Assembly (NCBI GenBank): GCA_937899935.1 | Contig: CALCOW010000150.1 | Location: forward strand, 1 to 45,024 | DNA from: an uncultured Phycisphaerae bacterium | GTDB lineage: Bacteria > Planctomycetota > Phycisphaerae > Phycisphaerales > SM1A02 | Reading direction: 5' to 3' | DNA: 45,024 bases | In this document: positions 25,225 to 33,461 of the stretch, piece by piece | Position numbering within the stretch: the stretch's first letter is position 1 | Layout of the letters: each line of letters begins with the position of its first letter | Program-made: the position numbers and the translations under genes | The notes under the pieces: model-generated | Databases searched by the model: none | Told to the model about the DNA's origin: nothing | Seen by the model: the letters and a program-made list of their open reading frames with translations, nothing else

Positions 25225-25700
25225 GCCTGTCGGCTTTCACAACATGGCTCGATGAAGCAATAGCACAGGCTGAGAAGTCATGGTCTGAAGGGGGCATTCC
25301 TATAGGAGCAGCCCTGGTCGATGACGCTGGCAACATTGTCGCGCGTGGGCACAACTTACGTGTACAAACTGGAGATCCTACTGCCCATGGTGAGGTGGTT
25401 TGTATTCGAAATGCTGGACGGCGTCGTGATTGGGAAAAACTTACGTTGGTCACAACACTTTGGCCGTGCACGATGTGTACAGGACTCGGCGTATTTCTCC
25501 GCATACCACGCATTGTGGTTGGAGAAGTATCTACCTACAGCCACTGTTCAACCTGGATGTCAATGCTCGAAAAATCTAAGTCCTGGCTTGCCAATGCTGG
25601 TATCGAGACGATTGTCCTTGATAATAAACGTTGTATAGAGCTCATGACAACACTACGACGCGAGAAGCCCGATCTTTGGGATGAGGACCTTGGTGAATGA
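25221..25700 (+). CDS. cytosine deaminase, yeast Fcy1-type (CMP/dCMP-deaminase zinc-binding fold)
   Basis: 159-aa ORF. It is collinear with yeast Fcy1 as I recall it: EGGIPIGAALV, ARGHNLR, zinc ligands HGE and PCTMCTG, IPRIVVGE, RCIELM, and the C-terminal DLWDEDLGE (Fcy1 ends DWFEDIGE). ATGA overlaps occur at both ends (25221-25224 and 25697-25700). Confidence 0.8.
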   Translation: MSLSAFTTWLDEAIAQAEKSWSEGGIPIGAALVDDAGNIVARGHNLRVQTGDPTAHGEVVCIRNAGRRRDWEKLTLVTTLWPCTMCTGLGVFLRIPRIVVGEVSTYSHCSTWMSMLEKSKSWLANAGIETIVLDNKRCIELMTTLRREKPDLWDEDLGE

Positions 25701-27640
25701 AAACACGATCTTTAGACCTTTTGTTTCTGAGAGGATTTTGTCTTTGGGCTGTCTGTGTGATGACCGTTGTTGTCTGTGGAGATGACGATCATTACCCTAA
25801 AATAAGTCCTTTTGACGGAATTCGTCTTACCGAAAGTGGACCTGAAATCAGGTTGGGTGGAAACTGGTTTGTACTCTTGGCGGTTGATGGTGTTCCCATC
25901 AAAGAGCTTCATGACTTTGCTTTGAAACAATATGGGGACAGAGCAAGCAAGAGATTCGGTGAGGACTTCGTCCAATTAATGGACGAAGCAGGACATCCGT
26001 TGACCGGTAATACGGTGACCCTGTTAGTGCGGAGTGTTCAGGGTGGGCCCGAAATGGAGTTCAATGATGTGACCATGACTGCTGCAAATCGGCGGCGCAT
26101 CTGGGAAGCCAATCAAGAACAGCGAAAAGCAAGGGAAGATGCCGATAAGCGAGCGATCACTCGAGCCAACCGGGAACACGAAACAGAAATCCCCGAGCAC
26201 TTGGCTTTCTTGACAAAACGACTTGCTTTGCCTGATGCCCGCGCCACGGCCTGGCTCACCGCAGAAGAGGCCGCCGAAGACCTTGACCAACTTGAGTTTG
26301 CGATTGAAGAACAATATTCCTATTTGCACCGAACGGACGTTGACTATCGGGCTGCTCTAGACGCCATTCGGGCCTCACTGGGTAATGGCATTCGTGTTGA
26401 TGATTTTGGTTTCCAACTACAGATGATGTTGGGAATGTTTGGTGATGGACACACACGCGTCTCAGGTGTCAATCGCGCCTTCCCATATGGTTCACTTCCA
26501 TTTTTTATCGAATCGCATGGTGATCAGATCTTAGCCATCAATGAGGCTCGTGATGGATTCTTGGTCCTTGAGCATCCTTTGCTTTTAGAGATTGACGGTG
26601 TTCCAATTGATGAGTGGATGGAAGTGGCGCGTTGGCCTCAGTCAGCTGGCACTCCAGCATTGATGGACCAAAGCGCACGAAACATGGCTCGTCACGTTGG
26701 TGCGATGAGGCAACTGATGGGGCATGAGCAAAGTGATGAAGTAACCCTTGTCTTAGGTTCGCTTGATGGCAGCTCAAAAGAGGAACGAATCGTGTCTCTA
26801 CGTCGAGAACCACTTGTTGGTCATCGATTAGACGATCTGGACACGGTGATCCGCCCGGACAAGATTGGGTATTTGCGCTTAGAGCGCATGGATAACGATC
26901 AGGTTCAAGAAATCATTGGCCTGATGTCCCAATCACAAGATACAAAAGGCCTCATTGTGGATGTACGCGGAAATGGTGGCGGCTCACGCGAGGCGCTGGC
27001 GACTTTTCATGAATTCCTAAGGGGTGAGCGTGAGCCACCCCAAGTGATCAACATCGGCGCCTATCGTCTCAATGAAGCTTTTCCAAAAAACCATCTTGCA
27101 GCAAGGCGTATGTATACCGCTGATCATCCGATCTTCAGTGGCCCTGAGCGCGCTTCGATAGGCCACGCTATACCTGGCTTCCAGCCTGAAATGAAACTGC
27201 CGCCAGGACAATTTAGTCCCTGGCACTATTTTGTACTCGGCAGTGGCGAGCGTTCGCCTTGGGCCTATGAATATAAGAAGCCAATCGTTGTGCTTCTTGA
27301 TGGCGGTAGCTTCAGTGCAACTGACATTTTTCTTGGCGCCATGAAAGATCGCGAAAATGTTCTTCTTGTCGGTACACCGTCAGCAGGTGGATCGGGGCGC
27401 ACCCAGCGCATCAAACTTGCCAATAGTGGACTATCACCGCGACTCTCATCAATGGCCTCTTTTCGTAAAAGAGGGCAACTCTACGACGGCCAAGGTGTTA
27501 CTCCAGACATCATGGTGGCCCCCGATCCAGATGACTTCATTGGAAAGGGCGATGCGCAGATGGATGCAGCGGTGAGGTTCATTGATCGCAACGTGCGATG
27601 GCCCGTCACGCGTCCTCGATACCGACCTAACAGGCCTTAG
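25697..27640 (+). CDS. S41-family serine peptidase (tail-specific/C-terminal-processing type), probably exported or lipid-anchored
   Basis: 647-aa ORF. Hydrophobic N-terminus ending VVVCGDD. S41 core motifs IGYLRLERM...GLIVDVRGNGGGS and VVLLDGGSFSATDIFLGAMKD...LVGTPSAGGSG. Confidence 0.8.
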   Translation: MKTRSLDLLFLRGFCLWAVCVMTVVVCGDDDHYPKISPFDGIRLTESGPEIRLGGNWFVLLAVDGVPIKELHDFALKQYGDRASKRFGEDFVQLMDEAGHPLTGNTVTLLVRSVQGGPEMEFNDVTMTAANRRRIWEANQEQRKAREDADKRAITRANREHETEIPEHLAFLTKRLALPDARATAWLTAEEAAEDLDQLEFAIEEQYSYLHRTDVDYRAALDAIRASLGNGIRVDDFGFQLQMMLGMFGDGHTRVSGVNRAFPYGSLPFFIESHGDQILAINEARDGFLVLEHPLLLEIDGVPIDEWMEVARWPQSAGTPALMDQSARNMARHVGAMRQLMGHEQSDEVTLVLGSLDGSSKEERIVSLRREPLVGHRLDDLDTVIRPDKIGYLRLERMDNDQVQEIIGLMSQSQDTKGLIVDVRGNGGGSREALATFHEFLRGEREPPQVINIGAYRLNEAFPKNHLAARRMYTADHPIFSGPERASIGHAIPGFQPEMKLPPGQFSPWHYFVLGSGERSPWAYEYKKPIVVLLDGGSFSATDIFLGAMKDRENVLLVGTPSAGGSGRTQRIKLANSGLSPRLSSMASFRKRGQLYDGQGVTPDIMVAPDPDDFIGKGDAQMDAAVRFIDRNVRWPVTRPRYRPNRP

Positions 27641-28908
27641 TTTGCTGTGAACAAACCAAGCTTGATTGAAGCTGCGAATAAGAAGAATAAAAGCGTGAGC
27701 AATAAGCCTATGGTGGCAAGAGGCCCATTCTTCATTTGATAACCAATCCAGCGCCGGCGCGAATTCAGGAGCATGAGAACCAATGCCAATAGGGGCAAAA
27801 AGAATGCACCAAAAACTGCATACGCTGTAACGAGTTCGGCAAACGGCCTTGCGACTTGAATCAACGGAACAACAGCCAAGGCAAGAAGGAACAGTCGATA
27901 CAACTTCTTCCGGGTATTGACGATTGATCCTGCATTCTCTTCTTTAGATTTGAGTCGCTCAACGGCATCACTGAAAAGAAATGGAATCGCCTGCCAAACA
28001 CCCAAGAGGCTACTAAACACGGCCGCCCAAGCACCTATTAAAAACGCCCATCGCCCAACACTGCCGACTTGGGCGCCAAGTTGGTTGGCCATGTTTAAAA
28101 TGAGATTAGCTCCTTTGCCTTGAGCTTCCATCCCATTAGAGATGATCACGATAGCAATGCCAAAGAGTGCTGTGACGGCGTAACCGACAGCCAAGTCGAT
28201 TCGACAGATAGAAATATCACTGGGTTGGTCACGTCCAGCCTCACGAATCCAGTATCCGTAACACAACAGCGTGACTGTGCCGCCCACACCTCCAATCAAC
28301 TTGATAACCCATCCAAATTGTTTTGTCGCTGCCTCATCGCCTGGCATCGGAAGAGTCGGTACAAAGATGCCTCGAGCAATACCGGCCCAATCGTTGGCGA
28401 TGAGAACTGCTGTTACCACAACAATAAGGAACATGACCGCCACACACACCGCCATGATTCTTTCGAAGATTGCGTATCGGCCAACCCACACCAAAACCAA
28501 CCCCACGACACTCAAAATGGCGCCGAAGACAAATTGCCCCATGGCCGGGTCTTCAAAAATCGGAAACAAAGCGCTGCTGGTGACGCCGCAAGCACTGATT
28601 AGCGCCGCCCCAACAACATAGCTAAAAGGTAGTAAGTAAATGAGGAAGATCACGGCCGCACCGCGCCCCAGATGATCAACAGCTCCTTCGAGTAATGTGC
28701 GTCCAGTCGCAAGCTGCCAGCGTGCGAGCCCCTCGGTTAAGACAAATTTCATCACGGCGCCAAAACAAACTGCCCAGAGCACCGAGAGGCCAATGGCTGC
28801 GCCAGCCAAGCCCGCTGTGGCCAGATCACCCGCGCCGACACCCGTCGCAGCAATCACAAGGCCTGGGCCAATAACGGCTAATAGGCCTGGGCGAGCAGAA
28901 CCCTTCAC
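27637..28908 (-). CDS. Nramp/MntH-superfamily transporter, divergent (canonical metal-site motifs not conserved)
   Basis: 423-aa polytopic ORF, collinear with MntH at the N-terminus (LLAVIGPGLVIAATGVGAGDLATAGLAGAAIG versus E. coli [31 protein letters not shown] as I recall it). GTG start overlaps the upstream stop (GTGA). Confidence 0.75.
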   Translation of the reverse strand: MKGSARPGLLAVIGPGLVIAATGVGAGDLATAGLAGAAIGLSVLWAVCFGAVMKFVLTEGLARWQLATGRTLLEGAVDHLGRGAAVIFLIYLLPFSYVVGAALISACGVTSSALFPIFEDPAMGQFVFGAILSVVGLVLVWVGRYAIFERIMAVCVAVMFLIVVVTAVLIANDWAGIARGIFVPTLPMPGDEAATKQFGWVIKLIGGVGGTVTLLCYGYWIREAGRDQPSDISICRIDLAVGYAVTALFGIAIVIISNGMEAQGKGANLILNMANQLGAQVGSVGRWAFLIGAWAAVFSSLLGVWQAIPFLFSDAVERLKSKEENAGSIVNTRKKLYRLFLLALAVVPLIQVARPFAELVTAYAVFGAFFLPLLALVLMLLNSRRRWIGYQMKNGPLATIGLLLTLLFFLFAASIKLGLFTAN

Positions 28909-29453
28909 GTATCTGCCTTCTCATCCTTGTTTGGAGATTGAGCCGCCCTAACAGATTCGCTGGCGCGAGCTTCCGTCTGCTCTGAAGTCGTGTTCGGCTC
29001 ATCCCATACTGCAATCTGTCCAACCATAAAGCCCACGATAATGATCTGAATCAGATTCATTGCCATACTCGCTCTATGAAGCCACTTAAAGTGCTTCTTA
29101 CCTTCAGCATCTCCGTTGTTTGCTTTTGCATGAGCAGAATCAATCATTGGAATGATGTTCTGCCGCAGCAACCAAAACATGGCAACGGAAGCCGCCCCGA
29201 GAATCACACTCAGCAATAAGATCCAGTGACCAGTGGCTATAAGCTGCACCACCAAAAGTCCTGTGGCAATCAGTACACACATGCCGGTCACCAAGTAATA
29301 ACGAGGAAAGATCTTGCGCATGAACGGACCGCCTTGTTCTTTACCGAAGTGGCGAAAAACAAGAGGGGTCATAACGAATGAGAGGAAAACCATAGAACCA
29401 AAGGCCGCAGCCAAGAGTAAGGCGCTCGCAACAGAAAAATAAACAGTAATCAT
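28905..29453 (-). CDS. DUF4149/TMEM205-like membrane protein
   Basis: The track ORF starts at 29507, overlapping the thiolase by 11 nt. I prefer ATG at 29453 (MITVYFSVASALLLAAAFGSMVFLSFVMTPLVFRHF...FPRYYLV), which is how DUF4149 proteins begin as I recall. Four TM helices, with an acidic/Ser-rich C-terminal tail. Confidence 0.58.
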   Translation of the reverse strand: MITVYFSVASALLLAAAFGSMVFLSFVMTPLVFRHFGKEQGGPFMRKIFPRYYLVTGMCVLIATGLLVVQLIATGHWILLLSVILGAASVAMFWLLRQNIIPMIDSAHAKANNGDAEGKKHFKWLHRASMAMNLIQIIIVGFMVGQIAVWDEPNTTSEQTEARASESVRAAQSPNKDEKADT

Positions 29454-29496
29454 GATGGGGCTCCGAGATAACTGGTGGGGAGGTTCTAGTATCGGC

Positions 29497-30663
29497 TTAC
29501 CGCTCAATCAACATCGAAACCGCATTGCCGCCACCGAGGCAGAGGCTTGCAATGCCTTTCTTGGCGTCTGTTCGTACCATCTGATTCACCAGCGTTGTCA
29601 GAACACGAGCTCCTGAAGCACCAATTGGATGGCCTAGTGCAACGCCGCCTCCACAGATATTCATTTTCTCCTCAGGGACACCGAGCTCTTTTGCGTTGGC
29701 CATTGCCTGTGCGGCAAAAGCTTCGTTGATCTCAAAGAGGTCAACATCGTCCACGGTCAAATTATGATCCTTAAGAAGCTTAGCGATACCCTTCGCGGGT
29801 GCTGAGAAGATCAGCTTTGGCTCAACGCCGACGGTGTTGTAACCGGCAATCTGCGCTAAGGGAGCTGCACCGATGTTATTCGCCATTTCCTCTGATGCGA
29901 TTAGAAGAGCCGCCGCGCCGTCACTGATCTGTGATGCATTACCTGCTGTCACCGTACCTTCTTTGCCAAATGCTGCTCGGAGTTTTGCAAGTCCTTCTAC
30001 AGATGAATCGGCGCGTACACCCTCATCTATATTGACTTCATACTTTTGTTTCACACGCTGGCCATCAAGAACAATCATCTCCGCACGGAAATGGCCTGCC
30101 TCTTGCGCAGCGGCAGCTCTCTGGTGACTTTGTGCACTAAAACGATCTTGATCTTGGCGAGAAATGCCGTGTTGATCAGCAATGTAATCGGCCGCGCAAC
30201 CCATCGCCCAGCCTTCAAAGGGACAGGTAAGCCCATCGTGTTGCATGTGATCAAGCATGTCACCAGGACCGAATTTCACGCCCGCTCGAATGTGAGACAA
30301 GTGTGGTGCGCGCGACATGCTTTCAAAACCACCAGCAACAACCAGTTGGTTGTCGCCAGCCTTTATGGCTTGTGCGGCAAGCATAACACTCTGTAATCCT
30401 GAGCCACAGACTTTATTAATGGTCTGGCAACTTAAGGAAGCGGGTAAGCCAGCCCCCAGTGCTGCTTGCCGAGCTGGATTCTGGCCCAATCCAGCTTGCA
30501 AGACGCATCCCATAATGCACTCATCGACATGGTCACGAGCTGCTGGCACCTGATCTAAGACGGCTTCGATCACAAAAGAACCGAGTGTTGGGCTCGGCAC
30601 GCGGCTCAGTCCGCCAAGAAGTCGGCCAATTGGTGTGCGGTGAGCGGCTAATATCGCAGGCAT
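29497..30663 (-). CDS. acetyl-CoA C-acetyltransferase (thiolase II)
   Basis: 388-aa ORF. Nucleophile Cys in INKVCGSGLQSV, NEAFAAQ, GGGVALGHPIGASGAR, and the C-terminal catalytic Cys in ASLCLGGGNAVSMLIE. Confidence 0.9.
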   Translation of the reverse strand: MPAILAAHRTPIGRLLGGLSRVPSPTLGSFVIEAVLDQVPAARDHVDECIMGCVLQAGLGQNPARQAALGAGLPASLSCQTINKVCGSGLQSVMLAAQAIKAGDNQLVVAGGFESMSRAPHLSHIRAGVKFGPGDMLDHMQHDGLTCPFEGWAMGCAADYIADQHGISRQDQDRFSAQSHQRAAAAQEAGHFRAEMIVLDGQRVKQKYEVNIDEGVRADSSVEGLAKLRAAFGKEGTVTAGNASQISDGAAALLIASEEMANNIGAAPLAQIAGYNTVGVEPKLIFSAPAKGIAKLLKDHNLTVDDVDLFEINEAFAAQAMANAKELGVPEEKMNICGGGVALGHPIGASGARVLTTLVNQMVRTDAKKGIASLCLGGGNAVSMLIER

Positions 30664-30870
30664 GTTCGGGAATCCTTATCTAACTGTTCTTTGCTCTATG
30701 CTGCTATACCGCATGGTATCGGCCTCAAGCCCTATCTGAGTCTTGGCCCCCTCTTAGGGCATTGCGGTACAATCTGGTCTTATGAATGATCCAAACGCCC
30801 CAAGCAACCTCCTCTAACAAAGGATGATCTGCGGTGGGGGGCGAGAAGTTTAGCACGGTCCAACCAAACT

Positions 30871-31866
30871 ATGTCCGCCCATATGAGCAACGACAATCTG
30901 ATGAGCCTCCAAAGCCATATCTTGGCAGAGGAGCAGCAATATCCCGGAGCAACCGGCGATTTCTCATGGATACTCTCAGCTATTTCCTTATCAGCCAAAA
31001 CGATTGCGAACAAAGTCCGGCGGGCTCGCATCGATGATGTCTTAGGGGAACATGGTGAAAGTGCTCAGAATGTCCATGGAGAGCAACAACAAAAGCTCGA
31101 TGTATTGGCCAACGAGTTGATCATGCGATGTCTTGGCGATCGTGCTAATGTCGGCGTACTCGCTTCGGAAGAAGACGAAGAGCCCAGGCTGCTCCGCGCT
31201 CGAGGAGAGGGTGGCCGGTATGCCGTACTATTCGACCCACTGGATGGCTCATCCAACCTAGATTTTTGTGTCGGCGTAGGAACCATTTTTAGCATTATCA
31301 AACTGAGCGATGAGCATCCCACAGATGCGGAAGCCGCCATTCTTCAGCAAGGTGTGCATCAGGTGGCTGCTGGATATGTCTTGTATGGATCATCGGTCGT
31401 ATTGATTCTCACGACTGGTCGCGGCGTCCACATGTTTGTCCTTGATCAGTCCATTGGTTCATTTGTTTTGGTAGAGCGTGATATCAAAATTCCAACGGTG
31501 AGCAAAACGTACTCTGTCAATGAGGCATATACAGACACATTTCCACCCGGCTACAAGCAATATTTAAGTTGGGCTCATCAAGAGGGCTACTCAAGCCGTT
31601 ACATTGGATCGATGGTGGCTGATGTACATCGCACCTTATTGAAAGGTGGCGTCTTTCTTTATCCGCCGACAGCCCAGCACCCCAGCGGCAAACTTCGCTT
31701 GATGTATGAAGCCAACCCAATGGCAATGGTCATTGAGCAGGCTGGTGGTAAGGCCATTAATGGTGAGACTGCAATCTGTGATATGTCACCAACCGGACTT
31801 CATCAAAGGACCAGCGTTATTTTGGGTTCGACAGAAGAAGTTGAGCACGTCCAGCGATTTCTATAA
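30871..31866 (+). CDS. fbp: fructose-1,6-bisphosphatase class 1
   Basis: 331-aa ORF. ATGDFSWILSAISLSAKTI, NVHGEQQQKLDVLANE, FDPLDGSSNLD, VAAGYVLYGSS, RYIGSMVADVHRTLLKGGVFLYP and LRLMYEANPMAMVIEQAGG all match the class I FBPase pattern. In-frame Mets at 30883 and 30901 are alternative starts. Confidence 0.9.
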   Translation: MSAHMSNDNLMSLQSHILAEEQQYPGATGDFSWILSAISLSAKTIANKVRRARIDDVLGEHGESAQNVHGEQQQKLDVLANELIMRCLGDRANVGVLASEEDEEPRLLRARGEGGRYAVLFDPLDGSSNLDFCVGVGTIFSIIKLSDEHPTDAEAAILQQGVHQVAAGYVLYGSSVVLILTTGRGVHMFVLDQSIGSFVLVERDIKIPTVSKTYSVNEAYTDTFPPGYKQYLSWAHQEGYSSRYIGSMVADVHRTLLKGGVFLYPPTAQHPSGKLRLMYEANPMAMVIEQAGGKAINGETAICDMSPTGLHQRTSVILGSTEEVEHVQRFL

Positions 31867-31910
31867 CGAGTTTATCTTTTACCAACTCATTTCCAAACAA
31901 CTGAGGCCCC

Positions 31911-33461
31911 ATGGCTACTGCAACTAATACGTTCGTCACCTTGCCCCGCAACACAAATCAGGCCCACGGCATTGGTCAATATGCGATCGACTTTATGTCC
32001 AATCGTATTGGTGAGCCAGATGAATCAGTCCTAGAAAGAACACGGTTGTTCTTCACAGATGCTGTTCTTGTTGGACTTTCGGCGATTTCGTTAGGAACGA
32101 ATGCACCGTGTATTTTACGTTCAGAAGCGCTTGAATATGGTGACGATCAAGGCGCCACTGTGTTTGGATCGCCTCTACGAGTGCGCCCAGAAAAAGCGGT
32201 GGTTGCAAATTGTTCTGCGGTTCGTGAGTGGGATTCAAATGGAACCGTCTTTGGCTACAACCCTCAACTCGGGAACACGGCTGGTGAATTTGGGCACAAT
32301 GATTTCTACGGTGTGCCAATTGCTGCTGCACAAGTCATGAACCTCAGCGGCGCTGCGGCGCTGCGAGGTATGATCTGCCTCGACGAGATTCGTGGCAGGC
32401 TTGCAGAAGTCTTTAGTCTCAAGTCATATAAAATTGACCACGTTGTCCATGGCGCTATTGCCTCAGCAGCTGTCTACGGAGCGATGTGTGGCGCCACCGC
32501 TGAGCAAATTGAATCGGCCATTGGAATGGTTGTCGCTCACTTCATTCCCTGGCGAGCCATTCGTGCTGGCAAGCAACTTTCTGATTCCAAAGGCGCTTCT
32601 GCTGCGATTAGTAGCGAAGTTGCGGTAATGTCAATGATTCGTTCCATGAAAGGATTCATAGGACCGGCAGACATTTTCCGTAATCCTGAAGCGATCTGGA
32701 GACAGTTTGAACCCACTGATGGAGATTGCCCGTTCGATCTGGTGCTTGGGGAAAACGGCGATGACTTTGCTGTCATGGGCATGCATTTCAAGATCGGACT
32801 TTATGAACATCAATCTGCTGGCGCACTTCATGGACTCATTACGCTCATCCATGAACATCCAGAACTCTGTCAAGCACTCGATCAAATTGAGCGAATTGAT
32901 ATCACCGCTTACGAGCCTGCCTACGGCATCATTGGTGATCCCGCAAAGAAAGATCCAAAGACCCGACAGAGCGCCGATCACTCAATGGTCTATATCGTTT
33001 CAACAATTCTGCGCAAGGCAATGGATTTAGCAAGCCAAAATGGCCTGCCTGAAACAATTGATGAGACTTGGCAAGCACTCATGCTAGGTCCATATGACTA
33101 CAGTGATGAAGCTATTTTCAATGAGCGCACCAGGGCTCTGATGAGTCGTATTCACTTCATCCATGGCGGTAAGGAATACGATGATCGATATCCGGACGGG
33201 ATCCCAACATCAATGGTCATCTCATTAACGGGCGGTGAGTCTTTTGATAGTGGTCTCGTGATGTACCCCGCCGGTCATGCACGGAACACAACATCCGACC
33301 TCAATGCTCTGCTTGACACTAAATTCGATAGGCATGGACATCTCGCCGTTGCGGAGCCAGCGGATCTCATACAAAAGTGCCGATCAATTGATGAGCTCAC
33401 AAACACCCAACTCTTAGACCTTTTTAACTTCACATTGCTAGAGCGTACCGACTTCCGTTGA
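31911..33461 (+). CDS. MmgE/PrpD-family protein (2-methylcitrate dehydratase-like)
   Basis: 516-aa ORF of typical family length. PrpD-like blocks include FFTDAVLVGLSA...ANCSAVREWDSN, DHVVHGAIASAAVYGAMCGATAEQIESAIG and DHSMVYIVSTILRKA. Substrate specificity within this family cannot be called by eye. Confidence 0.8.
   Translation: MATATNTFVTLPRNTNQAHGIGQYAIDFMSNRIGEPDESVLERTRLFFTDAVLVGLSAISLGTNAPCILRSEALEYGDDQGATVFGSPLRVRPEKAVVANCSAVREWDSNGTVFGYNPQLGNTAGEFGHNDFYGVPIAAAQVMNLSGAAALRGMICLDEIRGRLAEVFSLKSYKIDHVVHGAIASAAVYGAMCGATAEQIESAIGMVVAHFIPWRAIRAGKQLSDSKGASAAISSEVAVMSMIRSMKGFIGPADIFRNPEAIWRQFEPTDGDCPFDLVLGENGDDFAVMGMHFKIGLYEHQSAGALHGLITLIHEHPELCQALDQIERIDITAYEPAYGIIGDPAKKDPKTRQSADHSMVYIVSTILRKAMDLASQNGLPETIDETWQALMLGPYDYSDEAIFNERTRALMSRIHFIHGGKEYDDRYPDGIPTSMVISLTGGESFDSGLVMYPAGHARNTTSDLNALLDTKFDRHGHLAVAEPADLIQKCRSIDELTNTQLLDLFNFTLLERTDFR

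Noticed and set aside
30706-30719. Short inverted repeat ATACC-GCAT-GGTAT 43-56 nt upstream of the thiolase start
   Set aside because: With only 5-bp arms it is expected by chance in a 45-kb window. I noted it as a conceivable operator in the thiolase/fbp divergent region, but it is not strong enough to call a feature.
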